Of a stretch of DNA of 64,000 bases, positions 1 to 10,616 are shown one piece after another. The first letter of the stretch is position 1, and every line of letters starts with the position of its first letter. The translations under genes and the position numbers were made by a program. A model generated the notes under the pieces. The model was not told the origin of the DNA. It did not search any database and saw only the letters and a list, made by a program, of their open reading frames with translations. The stretch is from Candidatus Eiseniibacteriota bacterium (GTDB lineage: Bacteria; Eisenbacteria; RBG-16-71-46): NCBI GenBank assembly GCA_044223005.1, contig JBGAML010000007.1:64001-128000 (forward strand), in the 5' to 3' direction.

Positions 1-1194
1 GACTTCCTCGGCCTCGGGCACGCGGACCGGCGTCACCAGGTTGATGAGCCAGAGCATGAGCAGCGTGAGCGCGAACGCCCACACCGACGAGAAGACCACT
101 GCCACGCACTGGGCGAAGAAGAACGCCGGGTTGCCCGCCAGCAGCCCGTCGACGCCGCCCGAGGACGCCGGGTTCCACGCCGTGCTCGCGAAGATGCCGA
201 GCAGGAGGATGCCGATGAAGCCGCCGACGCCGTGCACGCCCCAGACGTCGAGCGCGTCGTCGAGCTTCAGCCTGTTCTTGAGCGAGACAGCGCCGTAGCA
301 GACGAGCCCGGCGATCACGCCGATCAGCGCGGCGACCATCGGCGAGACGTACCCGGCGGCCGGCGTGATGGTGGCGAGTCCGGCGACGGCGCCGGTCAGC
401 AGGCCGAGGATCTTGGGCTTGCGCTCGAGCGCCCACGCCAGCAGCAGCCACGCCATGGCCGCGAACGACGCGGCGATGTCGGTGTTGAGGAACGCGATCG
501 CGGTCACCGAGTCGACGCGGAACTCGCTGCCGGCGTTGAACCCGTACCAGCCGAACCACAGCAGGCCCGTGCCCAGCGCGACGAGCGGGATGCTGTGCGG
601 GCCGCGGTCGATCACGCGGCGCTTGCCGACGTACAGCACCGACGCGAGCGCGGCCATGCCGGCGATGTTGTGCACCACGATGCCGCCGGCGAAGTCCTTG
701 ACGCCCCACTGCGCGAGCAGGCCGCCGCCCCAGACCATGTGCACGAACGGGAAGTAGACGAACACGAGCCAGCCGGTGAGGAACAGCATGTACGCCTTGA
801 ACGTCACGCGGTTCGTGAACGCGCCGGTGATGAGCGCCGGCGTGATGATCGCGAACATCATCTGGTAGGCGCAGAAGACGATCATCGGGATCGTCTCGTT
901 GGGCGACGGCGCCGTGAGCGTCACGTTGCGCAGGAAGGCCCAGTCGAGGTTGCCGGACAGTCCGAGGAAGTCGGTGTGGTGCTGCATGTCGCCCGAGAAG
1001 CACATCGAGAAACCGAACGCCCACCACAGCACGGTCGTCCAGCCCATCGAGACGAAACTCTGGATCATGATCGCGAGCACGTTCTTGCGGCCGACGAGGC
1101 CGCCATAGAAGAACGCGAGCCCGGGCGTCATCAGCATCACGAGGCTCGAACAGAGCAGCATGAAGCCGGTGTTGCCGGTGTCGATCTGGAGCAT
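1..1194 (-). CDS. amt: Ammonium transporter (Amt family), 3' end runs off the window
   Basis: Manual translation of minus strand (absent from ORF track): MLQIDTGNTGFMLLCSSLVMLMTPGLAFFYGG ... DFAGGIVVH ... DDALDVWGVHGVGG; GAGGGG SD upstream of ATG. Confidence 0.95.
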   Translation of the reverse strand, partial: MLQIDTGNTGFMLLCSSLVMLMTPGLAFFYGGLVGRKNVLAIMIQSFVSMGWTTVLWWAFGFSMCFSGDMQHHTDFLGLSGNLDWAFLRNVTLTAPSPNETIPMIVFCAYQMMFAIITPALITGAFTNRVTFKAYMLFLTGWLVFVYFPFVHMVWGGGLLAQWGVKDFAGGIVVHNIAGMAALASVLYVGKRRVIDRGPHSIPLVALGTGLLWFGWYGFNAGSEFRVDSVTAIAFLNTDIAASFAAMAWLLLAWALERKPKILGLLTGAVAGLATITPAAGYVSPMVAALIGVIAGLVCYGAVSLKNRLKLDDALDVWGVHGVGGFIGILLLGIFASTAWNPASSGGVDGLLAGNPAFFFAQCVAVVFSSVWAFALTLLMLWLINLVTPVRVPEAEEV

Positions 1195-1352
1195 TGCGGT
1201 CCCCTCATCCTGGAGCGGCCCGTCGGGCCGCGGTGGGTCCATGCGACGCCGCCCACTGAGGCGGGCGGTTCATGGGGCATTACGCCCCGGATGATGGGAG
1301 TTTCGTCCCCACGAGGCGAAGGGGAAAACGAAGCGTCTCCGGCGGGAGATGG

Positions 1353-1503
1353 GTCGTGCTCGGGAGATTGCGGGGCGGCGCGGGGGATCGCCTTCGCACG
1401 ACGCGGGATCGGCCGTTCGCGGGCGCCGGGCGGCCGTAACATCCCGATCCCGTTGACCGTCAATGGCTTGCGCTCGAGCCGCCAGCAATCTCCGGAGCAC
1501 AAC
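1353..1503. repeat. ~151-bp intergenic element with terminal inverted repeats, copy A
   Basis: Reverse complement matches 29004-29155 in three blocks (20/24, 30/35, 18/18 nt) with conserved spacing. Confidence 0.8.
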
Positions 1504-1506
1504 GGC

Positions 1507-2733
1507 TCAGAAGTGGATCGTGACGGTCGGCAGGATGTAGCCGCGCGGGCGGTAGCGGAGCCGCTGGTCGATCAGCTGGCCCTCGGTGGCGTAGCCGCGC
1601 TGCCATTCCAACGCGACGACGGCCTCCGGCGCGAGGCGCTGGCCGTCCGGGCCGCCGCGCAGCCGCCTGGGCGTCACGGTGACGCCGGCCATCGCGTGCC
1701 ACGTGCCGGCGTAGTGCCGGAACTCGTGCCCGTAGCGCGCGTCGGTCCAGAGCCGCGGCGTCCACACCTCGCCCGCGCCGGTCGGATCGTCGCCCGCGGC
1801 GAAGTCGAACGGCTTCGCGAGCGCGAGGTCCACCGCGCCGAACCATTCGCCCCCGTACTCGGGCGTGCGCATGAACCAGCCGACCACGCGATCGAGCGGC
1901 GTGTGCCCCACGTCCGCGCGCGCGCCGGAGGAGCGCCATTCGCCGCCCACCTGCCACACCGGCGATGTCATCTGGCTCGGGCGCAGGCCGCCGATCGGCA
2001 GCCACGAGGGCTCCACGATCCGCAGTTCGACGCCGCCGTAGGCGCGCAGCGTCTGGCCGGCGAGCGCGCGGCCGGGCAGCGCGTGCTCGACCGAGACCAC
2101 GTTCCGCAGCGCTTCGTAGGAGAGGTCGAAGCGCTTGACCGGAGGGTGCAGCATCACCGGCGTCGCGCCTTCGGCCCAGCCGCGGTTGCGGCCGAACCAC
2201 GAGTTGGCGAGGTACTCGTCGCCCAGGTGCGAGCTGCGGTGGAACAGCACCGTGCGCGAGGTGACGACCGTGCGCGAGAAGTCGCCGAGGCCCTGCTCGT
2301 CGCTCCAATCGCCGCGCCAGAGCACGTCGAGGCTGCCGCCGAACTGGTAGTCGACGTTCACCTCGGACGCGGTGCCGTCGAACAGCGCGAACACGCTCAC
2401 CGGAATCCCGAGCTGGTAGCGCACCCACGGCCCACGCCAGCCGAGCAGCGAGCGCAGCGCGCGCCAGCGCAGCGTCTCGCCGCCCGCGACGTCCCAGCGC
2501 TTGCCCTCGCGGTCGCGTTCCCAGCCGCCCCGGCTCGTCGAGTCCGTGATGTCGGTGCCGTAGCGCCAGTCCTCGGTGTAGTGCGCCTGGCGCCAGCGCG
2601 ACTGGTTCTCGCGCGGATCCGCGGTGAGCGGGCGGAAGATGCGCGGCGCCGGCCCGGCGAGCGCGGGCGGGACGAGCGCGGTCGCGAGCGCGAGCGCGGC
2701 GAGCGCGCGGCGGACGAACGGTCGCGGGAGCAT
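1507..2733 (-). CDS. Exported protein, DUF1207-like probable outer-membrane beta-barrel
   Basis: Signal peptide, HRSSHLGDEY motif typical of DUF1207, C-terminal Phe (TVTIHF). Confidence 0.65.
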   Translation of the reverse strand: MLPRPFVRRALAALALATALVPPALAGPAPRIFRPLTADPRENQSRWRQAHYTEDWRYGTDITDSTSRGGWERDREGKRWDVAGGETLRWRALRSLLGWRGPWVRYQLGIPVSVFALFDGTASEVNVDYQFGGSLDVLWRGDWSDEQGLGDFSRTVVTSRTVLFHRSSHLGDEYLANSWFGRNRGWAEGATPVMLHPPVKRFDLSYEALRNVVSVEHALPGRALAGQTLRAYGGVELRIVEPSWLPIGGLRPSQMTSPVWQVGGEWRSSGARADVGHTPLDRVVGWFMRTPEYGGEWFGAVDLALAKPFDFAAGDDPTGAGEVWTPRLWTDARYGHEFRHYAGTWHAMAGVTVTPRRLRGGPDGQRLAPEAVVALEWQRGYATEGQLIDQRLRYRPRGYILPTVTIHF

Positions 2734-2785
2734 CGGCGCAGTCTAGTCGACGCGGCGCGTGTGGGCACGTGCGCCACGAACGCGA

Positions 2786-2815
2786 ACGCGGCGCCCGGTC
2801 GCCCGGGCGCCGCGT
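2786..2815. terminator. GC-rich hairpin after the transketolase-like gene
   Basis: ACGCGGCGCCCGG-tcgc-CCGGGCGCCGCGT, 13-bp perfect stem. Confidence 0.6.
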
Positions 2816-2837
2816 CGTTTCGCGTGAAACTCGTCCG

Positions 2838-5218
2838 CTACGCGGTCTTCACGTAGCGGCGGATCGCTTCGAACTGCGCCTTGCCGTCGAGCCCGGCTTC
2901 GGCGATCACCATCGCGCCCTGGCCGCTGCCGAGGAAGTGGCCGTGGCCGAACGGATGCAGCGAGGCCGCACGGCCGCGCTCGGAGAGGATCCAGCGGTCC
3001 AGCGTCGGGCGCGTGAAGTCGGTGATGCCCATCGCGACCCGGCGTGCGGACTCGGGGAAGATCGCCTCCTGCTTCTCCGCGGGCAGGCGATCGAACAACT
3101 CCACCGACGTGACGCAGTAGACGTCGAGCTGCAGCCCCTCGGCGTCGATCAGCGGCAGCGCCTGCTCGACGAATGCGTACGTCACCGCGCTGCCCTGCAG
3201 CACGATTACGCCCTGCGGCGTGCCCTTCGCCGCGCGCAGCTTGTAGACGCCCTGCGCCGACGCCGACGCCGGCGCGAGGCCGAGCGCGGCGCGGTCGAGC
3301 ACCGTCTCCGGCGGCCGCGTCACGAAGGGCGCGATCACCGCGGGCCGGGCCGCGAGCGCGGCGGTGAAGAGCGGGAACAGCTCCTGCGGATCCCACGGCG
3401 TGAGCGTGATCATGGTGTCGGCCGGGAAGTTCTCCTGCAGCAGCTGCAGCGGCTGCGGATCGGCGTGCGTCGGGCCGTCCTCGCCGGTCTTGAGGCCCGC
3501 ATGCGCGCACACGAGCACCACCGGCCGGTAGGACGAGCCGTCCACCATCTTCCGCGACCACTGGCCGATCGCGTGCAGGCGCGCCGCGATGTGGCCGAGC
3601 GGCGCGAGGAACGCGCCGTACGACGAGCCCGCGCCGACGTGTCCGCCGAACGCGGCGATGCCCGCGAGCTGCGCGACCATCGCATCCTCGCAGATGCCGC
3701 CGATCGACAGCGTGCGCGAGAGCGGGTTGCCGCGCCGGTTCCAGAAACCCGCCGGGAAGCCGTCGACGGCCTTGCTGATGCTCGTCGAGCCCAGCAGGTC
3801 GGCCGCGGCGACGACGAACGCGCCCTGGCTCGCCTGGTTGTACCAGAGCAGCGTCGCGCCGAGTGCGTCACGCAGCGTCGACTTGCTTCCGGCCTTGAGC
3901 TGCAGTTCGGCCGGCGTGTTCGTGCCCGCCTTCGCCGCGGCGTCGTAGGCGCGTTCGAGCTTCGGCGCGTCCGGGCGCACGGTGCGGGCGCGCTTCTCGA
4001 GCCGCTCGCGCGAGGCGCGCAGCTTGCCGGCCAGCGCGTCCATCACCGGCCGCTTGCTCTCGAGCGCCGAGCGCACCGACAGCAGCGCGTTCCAGTAGCA
4101 GGACTCGATCTCGTCGGCCTTGCCGCCGGCCGCGCAGCGCGGCGACGCGGCGTCGCACGTCGGCAGCACGACGAGGCCCTCGCCCGCGATGCGGTTCACC
4201 GCCTCGTGGAACGCGGGTGAGCAGAGCGGGTGGCCGGCGCCGTGCGAGCCGCGGCCCTCGATGCCGTACGTCCAGCCCTTCACCGTGCGGTAGACGATCG
4301 CCGTGGGCTGGCCGTTGTCGAGCGCGAGCGCGGTCTTCTGCGCGACCGCGATCTGGTGCCAGTCGAAGCCGTCCGGCACCTCGATCACGTTCCAGTCGTG
4401 CATCCACGCGAGCTCCATCGGATTCCACTGCACGTAGTCGCCCGGCTGGTCGCCGTCGCGGCAGACGCGGTTGGAGTCGATGGAGGCCTGGTTCCAGTCC
4501 ACGTGCAGGATCGCGTTGCCGAGCGAGCCGGTGCCCGCCGCGGCCATCGCCTCGGCGACGCGGCCGGGCGTGAGCCCGCCCTCGCCCTCGACGACGTGCA
4601 CGCGCGGCGCATCGGCGCCGTAGAGATCGGCGGCGCCCCACGCGAGCCCGAGCGAGGCCGGCAGCCCGACGCCCGAGGCGCCGGTCGAGAGCCGCACGAA
4701 CGGCGTCGACGGCGTCGGATGCCCGTCGAGCGCCTTGGCGGCGAACGCCTTGAACTTCGGCGTCGCGGTGACGGGGTTGCGGCGGAAGCCGAGCAGGTCC
4801 TCGAGCCGCAGCTGCTGTGCGACGTTCTTCGCGAGCAGCTCCGGCGCCGCGATGCGCGCCACCTCGTTGCGCAGCGCCCACAGCGCGTACAGGCCGAGCG
4901 CCTTGTGGCCGGCGGCGTAGGACACGATGTCCGCGTCCTGCCGCTCGGGGCGGGCGAGGTCCACGTCGAGGCCGCCGAACAGCAGCGACTGCACGAACCG
5001 GCCCGACGAGATCGAGCCGCCCGGATGCCCGGAGAGCGGCACGTAGTTGAACATGAGCGTCACGACCGTGCGGTAGATCCGGTCGAACGTCTCGAGGTTC
5101 TCGACCGTGGCCGCGTCGAGCGGCGACCCGTCGCGCGCGAGCAGCTCCTGCGCATTCAGGTAGGTGCCGCGCCGCGCGCCGAAGGCGAGCGCCTTGCCGG
5201 GAGTGGGAAGCGTTCCGG

Positions 5219-5225
<7 letters not shown>
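2838..5225 (-). CDS. Transketolase-like ThDP-dependent enzyme (795 aa)
   Basis: SGHPGGS, AGH, LDGHP, STGASGVG, GEGG..DWN ThDP-type motif, GEDGPTH. Confidence 0.85.
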
Positions 5226-6556
<1,331 letters not shown>

Positions 6557-6918
6557 GGGATGACTCCCGGGATTTCGGGGTGACGGTGCCGGCCTCGAAC
6601 GAGGCCGGCGGGCGAGGCAAGGCTTCGCCGCGGCGAAGCCGTGATGGTCTTCACCAAGCTCAGCGAATTTGTCGCGCGGGAGAATGCGGGCGCAACGGTC
6701 CGAAAGGCCCGGCATGGCCGAAATGCCGACGATTCTTCGGCGAACCGTGCACTTTGCCGTGGGGCTGTTGCCGGACTGGCGCGCGGCCCGGGCTTTCTCC
6801 GGCAGCGTGTCCCCGGGAGGGCACCTGCGCGGGGCGAGTGCACGCGGGCGTGCGCCGAGGAACCCCGCCGGCCGATCACCACGGACGTAACCCGTTGGGA
6901 TTCCGAGACCGCGGCGCA

Positions 6919-6934
6919 GGGCACGTGGCTTGCG
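6919..6934 (+). promoter_or_regulatory. Putative sigma54 (-24/-12) promoter
   Basis: GGGCACGTGGCTTGCG: GG-N10-GC with GGCACG and TTGC, 60 bp upstream of the lipoprotein ATG. Confidence 0.55.
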
Positions 6935-6993
6935 CCGTGTCACGGGCGTCGGACCCCTTGCTGGTGAGACCTCGAACGACCGGAGCCCCCATC

Positions 6994-7809
6994 ATGAAGA
7001 CCTCGCCCCTGCATCGACTCCTGCTCGCCGGCACGGTGCTGCTCGTACTTGCCGCGACCGGCTGCGGCCAGAGCACGCGCTCGACCGCCAGCTCGAACTC
7101 CATGGACCAGGCCACCGCGGATGACATCGCGCTCCAGTCGGCGGCCACTCTCGACAACGCGGCGCTCGACGTCGGCGGCGCGGCGACGGTGGCCGCGACG
7201 GCCTCCGCGACGGCGCCCGTGTCGCCGCAGTGGGCTTCGGCCCAGGCCGCGCAGTGGGACACCACGTTCACGCACGGCACGCTCAACGTCTCGGCGTCGC
7301 GCGAGTTCTACGACGCCCAGGGCAACGTGCTCGCCGGCTACGGCCCGACCGCGGTGCAGATGGTGTGGACGTCGCGCGTGTGGGGCACGGCCGAGACGCC
7401 CCGCGACACCCTGACCGTGGGCCGATCGGCGTCGACGTCGATCCGCGGGATCTCGCCGCTTCAGGACACGCTCACCGTCAACGGCGCCGCGCTCGACACG
7501 CTGGTCAATCGCTTCCGCTCGCTCGACGGCGCGCGCATGCGCTGGTTCTACTGGCGCAGCCTGCTTTCCACCGCCGACGTCAAGCTGCTCAAGAGCACGC
7601 TCGGCACCGGCGCGTGGCCGCTCTCGGGCACGATGACGCTGACGGTCAACGCCGACCGGCTGCGCAGCAACAGCGTGACCGACGTCGAGGCGCACCTGGC
7701 CGCGCAGGTCACCGTGACCTACAACGGCACCTCGCAGCCCGACGTGGTCGTGAACGGTACGTGGCACTACAAGTGGAACATGCTCACGGGGGCGATCGTC
7801 CGCGCCTGA
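6994..7809 (+). CDS. Hypothetical beta-rich lipoprotein
   Basis: MKTSPLHRLLLAGTVLLVLAATGC lipobox; Thr-rich beta-strand pattern; GGAG SD. Confidence 0.8.
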   Translation: MKTSPLHRLLLAGTVLLVLAATGCGQSTRSTASSNSMDQATADDIALQSAATLDNAALDVGGAATVAATASATAPVSPQWASAQAAQWDTTFTHGTLNVSASREFYDAQGNVLAGYGPTAVQMVWTSRVWGTAETPRDTLTVGRSASTSIRGISPLQDTLTVNGAALDTLVNRFRSLDGARMRWFYWRSLLSTADVKLLKSTLGTGAWPLSGTMTLTVNADRLRSNSVTDVEAHLAAQVTVTYNGTSQPDVVVNGTWHYKWNMLTGAIVRA

Positions 7810-7946
7810 ACCCCCGTCTCGCGGACGTGCCCGGCGGCCCTGCGGCCGCCGGGCACTGCGTTTCGGTGGGGATTGCCGGGCGGCGCTCGAACGGGCAGGA
7901 TGCCGCGATCCGCGCCGGGCTGCCCGGCGCCCCACCGGAGGGCGGC

Positions 7947-8588
7947 ATGAGCGGTTCGGACCTGCATTCCCCGAAGGCGACCGGCATCGAGCTCGAGCGG
8001 CTGCTGTTCTTCAGCGATGCCGTGTTCGCGATCGCGATCACGCTGCTCGTGCTCGAGATCAAGGTGCCGGAGCGCGAGACGATCCACACGGCCGCCGAAC
8101 TGGGCGCCGCACTGGGCGGGCTGCTGCCGCACTACTTCGCGTTCTTCCTCAGCTTCGGCGTGATCGGCTACTACTGGTACGTGCACCACCTGATGTTCCG
8201 CTACATCCGGCAGTGGAACGACGTGCTCGTGTTCATCAACCTCGCGCTCCTGCTCTGCATCGCGTTCCTGCCGTTCCCCGTGGCGCTCCTCGGATCGTTC
8301 CGGCATTTCGCGCCCGCACTCGTGTTCTACTCGGCGGCGCTGACGGTCGCCGGGGCGCTCCAGGTCGGTCTCTGGCTGTACGCCACGTCGGGGCACCGGC
8401 TCGTCGCTCCGGACCTGCCGAAGAGCACCGTCGGGCTGGTGCTGCTGCGCGCCACCGTGCAGCCGGTCATGTTCGCGGTCTCCATTCCGCTCTCGCTCGT
8501 GAGCCCGGGTTTCGCCCTGCTCGCGATCCTGCTCGTCGTTCCGGTCGTGCGGATCGCCCGCGCCCGGCTCAAGCGCGCAGGCGCCTGA
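7947..8588 (+). CDS. TMEM175 (DUF1211) family K+ channel
   Basis: ERLLFFSDAVFAIAITLLVL signature; ~6 hydrophobic segments; GGAGG SD. Confidence 0.9.
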   Translation: MSGSDLHSPKATGIELERLLFFSDAVFAIAITLLVLEIKVPERETIHTAAELGAALGGLLPHYFAFFLSFGVIGYYWYVHHLMFRYIRQWNDVLVFINLALLLCIAFLPFPVALLGSFRHFAPALVFYSAALTVAGALQVGLWLYATSGHRLVAPDLPKSTVGLVLLRATVQPVMFAVSIPLSLVSPGFALLAILLVVPVVRIARARLKRAGA

Positions 8589-8716
8589 GCGCGATTCGCT
8601 CTGGCGGTCGGCCCGCGCGCGGCGCTACCGTCCGCTGCGGTCCGGCACCGGACGAGTCCCCCTCGGCCGCACCGCGCGCCCCGGCGCCGCGGGCGACCTC
8701 GACCGGAGGTGCGATC

Positions 8717-10444
8717 ATGCGCGAGAAGGTTTCGGGTACCCGGCTCTCGGTGCGGGCGATTTCGGGGAACCATGTCGTCGTGCTGGCGTGGGACCTGCGT
8801 GACTACGACACCACGAAGCTGCTCGGGTTCGCGATCGAACGCACCGAGTTCGACGGCGCGAACGTGCGCGAGCGCTATTTCCTGCGCGGCATCAAGCGCT
8901 TCGCCGACAAGGACAAGGGCATGGCGGCGGGCCAGCCCGTGCCCACTTCCGAGCACCCGGTGCAGTCGTTCCAGTGGGGCGACTACACCGCGAAGCCCTC
9001 GACCACGTACGAATACCGCGTCGTGCCCGCGACCGGCGAACCCAAGAACCTCGCGCTCGACGACGCGAACGCCGTGGCCGTGCGCGTGACGACCGAACCG
9101 CTGCACGGCACGCCGCACTCGGTGTTCTTCAACCGCGGTGCGGCGGGTTCGCAGGCCTACGCGAGGCAGTTCCCGAACCCGACTCCGGACACGACGCATC
9201 CCGACACGCCGCAGATGCAGTGGCTTTCGCGCGGCCTGTTCGAGGCGCTGGTGGCGTTCGTCCAGCGCGCGAGCGGTCCGGGCTGGGCGCTGCGTGGCGC
9301 GCTCTACGAGTTCCACTACGCGCCTGCCAACGAGGAGTTCCGCAAGGCGAAGGCGCGCGGCGTCGACGTTCAGGTGCTCTACGACGAGCCCAACTACGGC
9401 AAGCCGAACCGCGCGGCGATCGGGCGCGCGAAGCTCACCGCGGTCTGCGCGCCGCGCGCGGCCGGCGGCGCGCAGAAGCACAACAAGTTCGTGGTGCTGC
9501 TGCACGGCGGCCAGCCGGTCGCGGTGTGGACCGGCTCCACGAACCTCTCCGACGGCGGCCTCTTCGGGCACTCCAACGTGGGGCACCAGGTCGACGACCC
9601 GGCCGTCGCCGCCCGCTACTTGGACTACTGGACGGCGCTCTGCAACGCGACGCCGGGCGCGGCCGCGAGCAAGCCGCTGCGCGACCGCCGCACGGATCCC
9701 GGCACCGCGAAGCTCACGGGCGCGAACGGCGCCGCGACGCCGACGCCGCCGGGCCGGACGCCGGAGAACTCGATCGTGGCGCTCTTCAGCCCCCGCGACG
9801 GTGCGACGCTCAAGTGGTACGCCGACCGCATGGCCGAGGCGCGGGACCTGGTGTGCTTCACGCTGGCGTTCGGACTCGCGAAGGTGTTCGAGCCGTACCT
9901 GGCGGAGGACAACGCGGTGCTCCGCTACGTGCTCTCGGACAAGGCCCTCGCGCAGCGCGAGCTCATCACGCGCGACAAGGACGTCGTCTACGCGGCCGGG
10001 GCGAAGTTCGACAAGGGCGACCTGCCGACGTTCCTCGCCGAGAAGCTCGCGCACACGAAGGGCATCCTCTACATCCACGACAAGTTCCTGCTCGTGGACC
10101 CGCTCGGCGACGATCCCACGGTGATCACGGGCTCGGCCAACTTCAGCCCCGCCTCGCAGACGAGCAACGACGAGAACATGCTCGTGATCCGCGGGGACGC
10201 GCGCGTGGCGGACATCTACTTCGGCGAGTTCATGCGGCTCTTCGACCACTTCTATTCGCGCTACGTCGTGAAGAAGATCAAGGACGAAGCGAAGAAGGCC
10301 AAGGCCGCGAAGACGGGGAAGAAGAAGCCGGCGGCGGCGAAGAGTTCGGGCGGCTACCTGTGGCCGGACGCGTCGTGGGTCGCGGCGCACTTCGCGGAAG
10401 GTCCGAAGTCGCGCCGGCGGCAGGTGTTCCACGGCGGCTGGTAG
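8717..10444 (+). CDS. Phospholipase D superfamily protein with two HxK motifs
   Basis: HNKFVVLL..WTGSTN and HDKFLLVD..ITGSANFS..NDEN; GGAGGT SD. Confidence 0.85.
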   Translation: MREKVSGTRLSVRAISGNHVVVLAWDLRDYDTTKLLGFAIERTEFDGANVRERYFLRGIKRFADKDKGMAAGQPVPTSEHPVQSFQWGDYTAKPSTTYEYRVVPATGEPKNLALDDANAVAVRVTTEPLHGTPHSVFFNRGAAGSQAYARQFPNPTPDTTHPDTPQMQWLSRGLFEALVAFVQRASGPGWALRGALYEFHYAPANEEFRKAKARGVDVQVLYDEPNYGKPNRAAIGRAKLTAVCAPRAAGGAQKHNKFVVLLHGGQPVAVWTGSTNLSDGGLFGHSNVGHQVDDPAVAARYLDYWTALCNATPGAAASKPLRDRRTDPGTAKLTGANGAATPTPPGRTPENSIVALFSPRDGATLKWYADRMAEARDLVCFTLAFGLAKVFEPYLAEDNAVLRYVLSDKALAQRELITRDKDVVYAAGAKFDKGDLPTFLAEKLAHTKGILYIHDKFLLVDPLGDDPTVITGSANFSPASQTSNDENMLVIRGDARVADIYFGEFMRLFDHFYSRYVVKKIKDEAKKAKAAKTGKKKPAAAKSSGGYLWPDASWVAAHFAEGPKSRRRQVFHGGW

Positions 10445-10616
10445 GCCGTCGCGCAACGCCGCCGCCTCGGCGGCGGCGTCGCGCCGGAGAGGCGCAGCGC
10501 CACGCCCGGGGCCCACGCGCGGAATCGGCCTTGTCATCGACCGCCCGGCGGGCGGACCTTTGGTGCCGGCGGCGGCGCCCGAAGGCCGGCGGACGCGAGC
10601 CGCGCGGGGGGGGTGC

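Noticed and set aside
232..2856. 874-aa plus-strand ORF and the many other long Arg/Ala/Gly-rich ORFs (e.g. 17824-21603, 26389-29226, 59007-61475)
   Set aside because: Antisense or off-frame shadows of real genes; stop codons are rare at this GC content; no domain motifs
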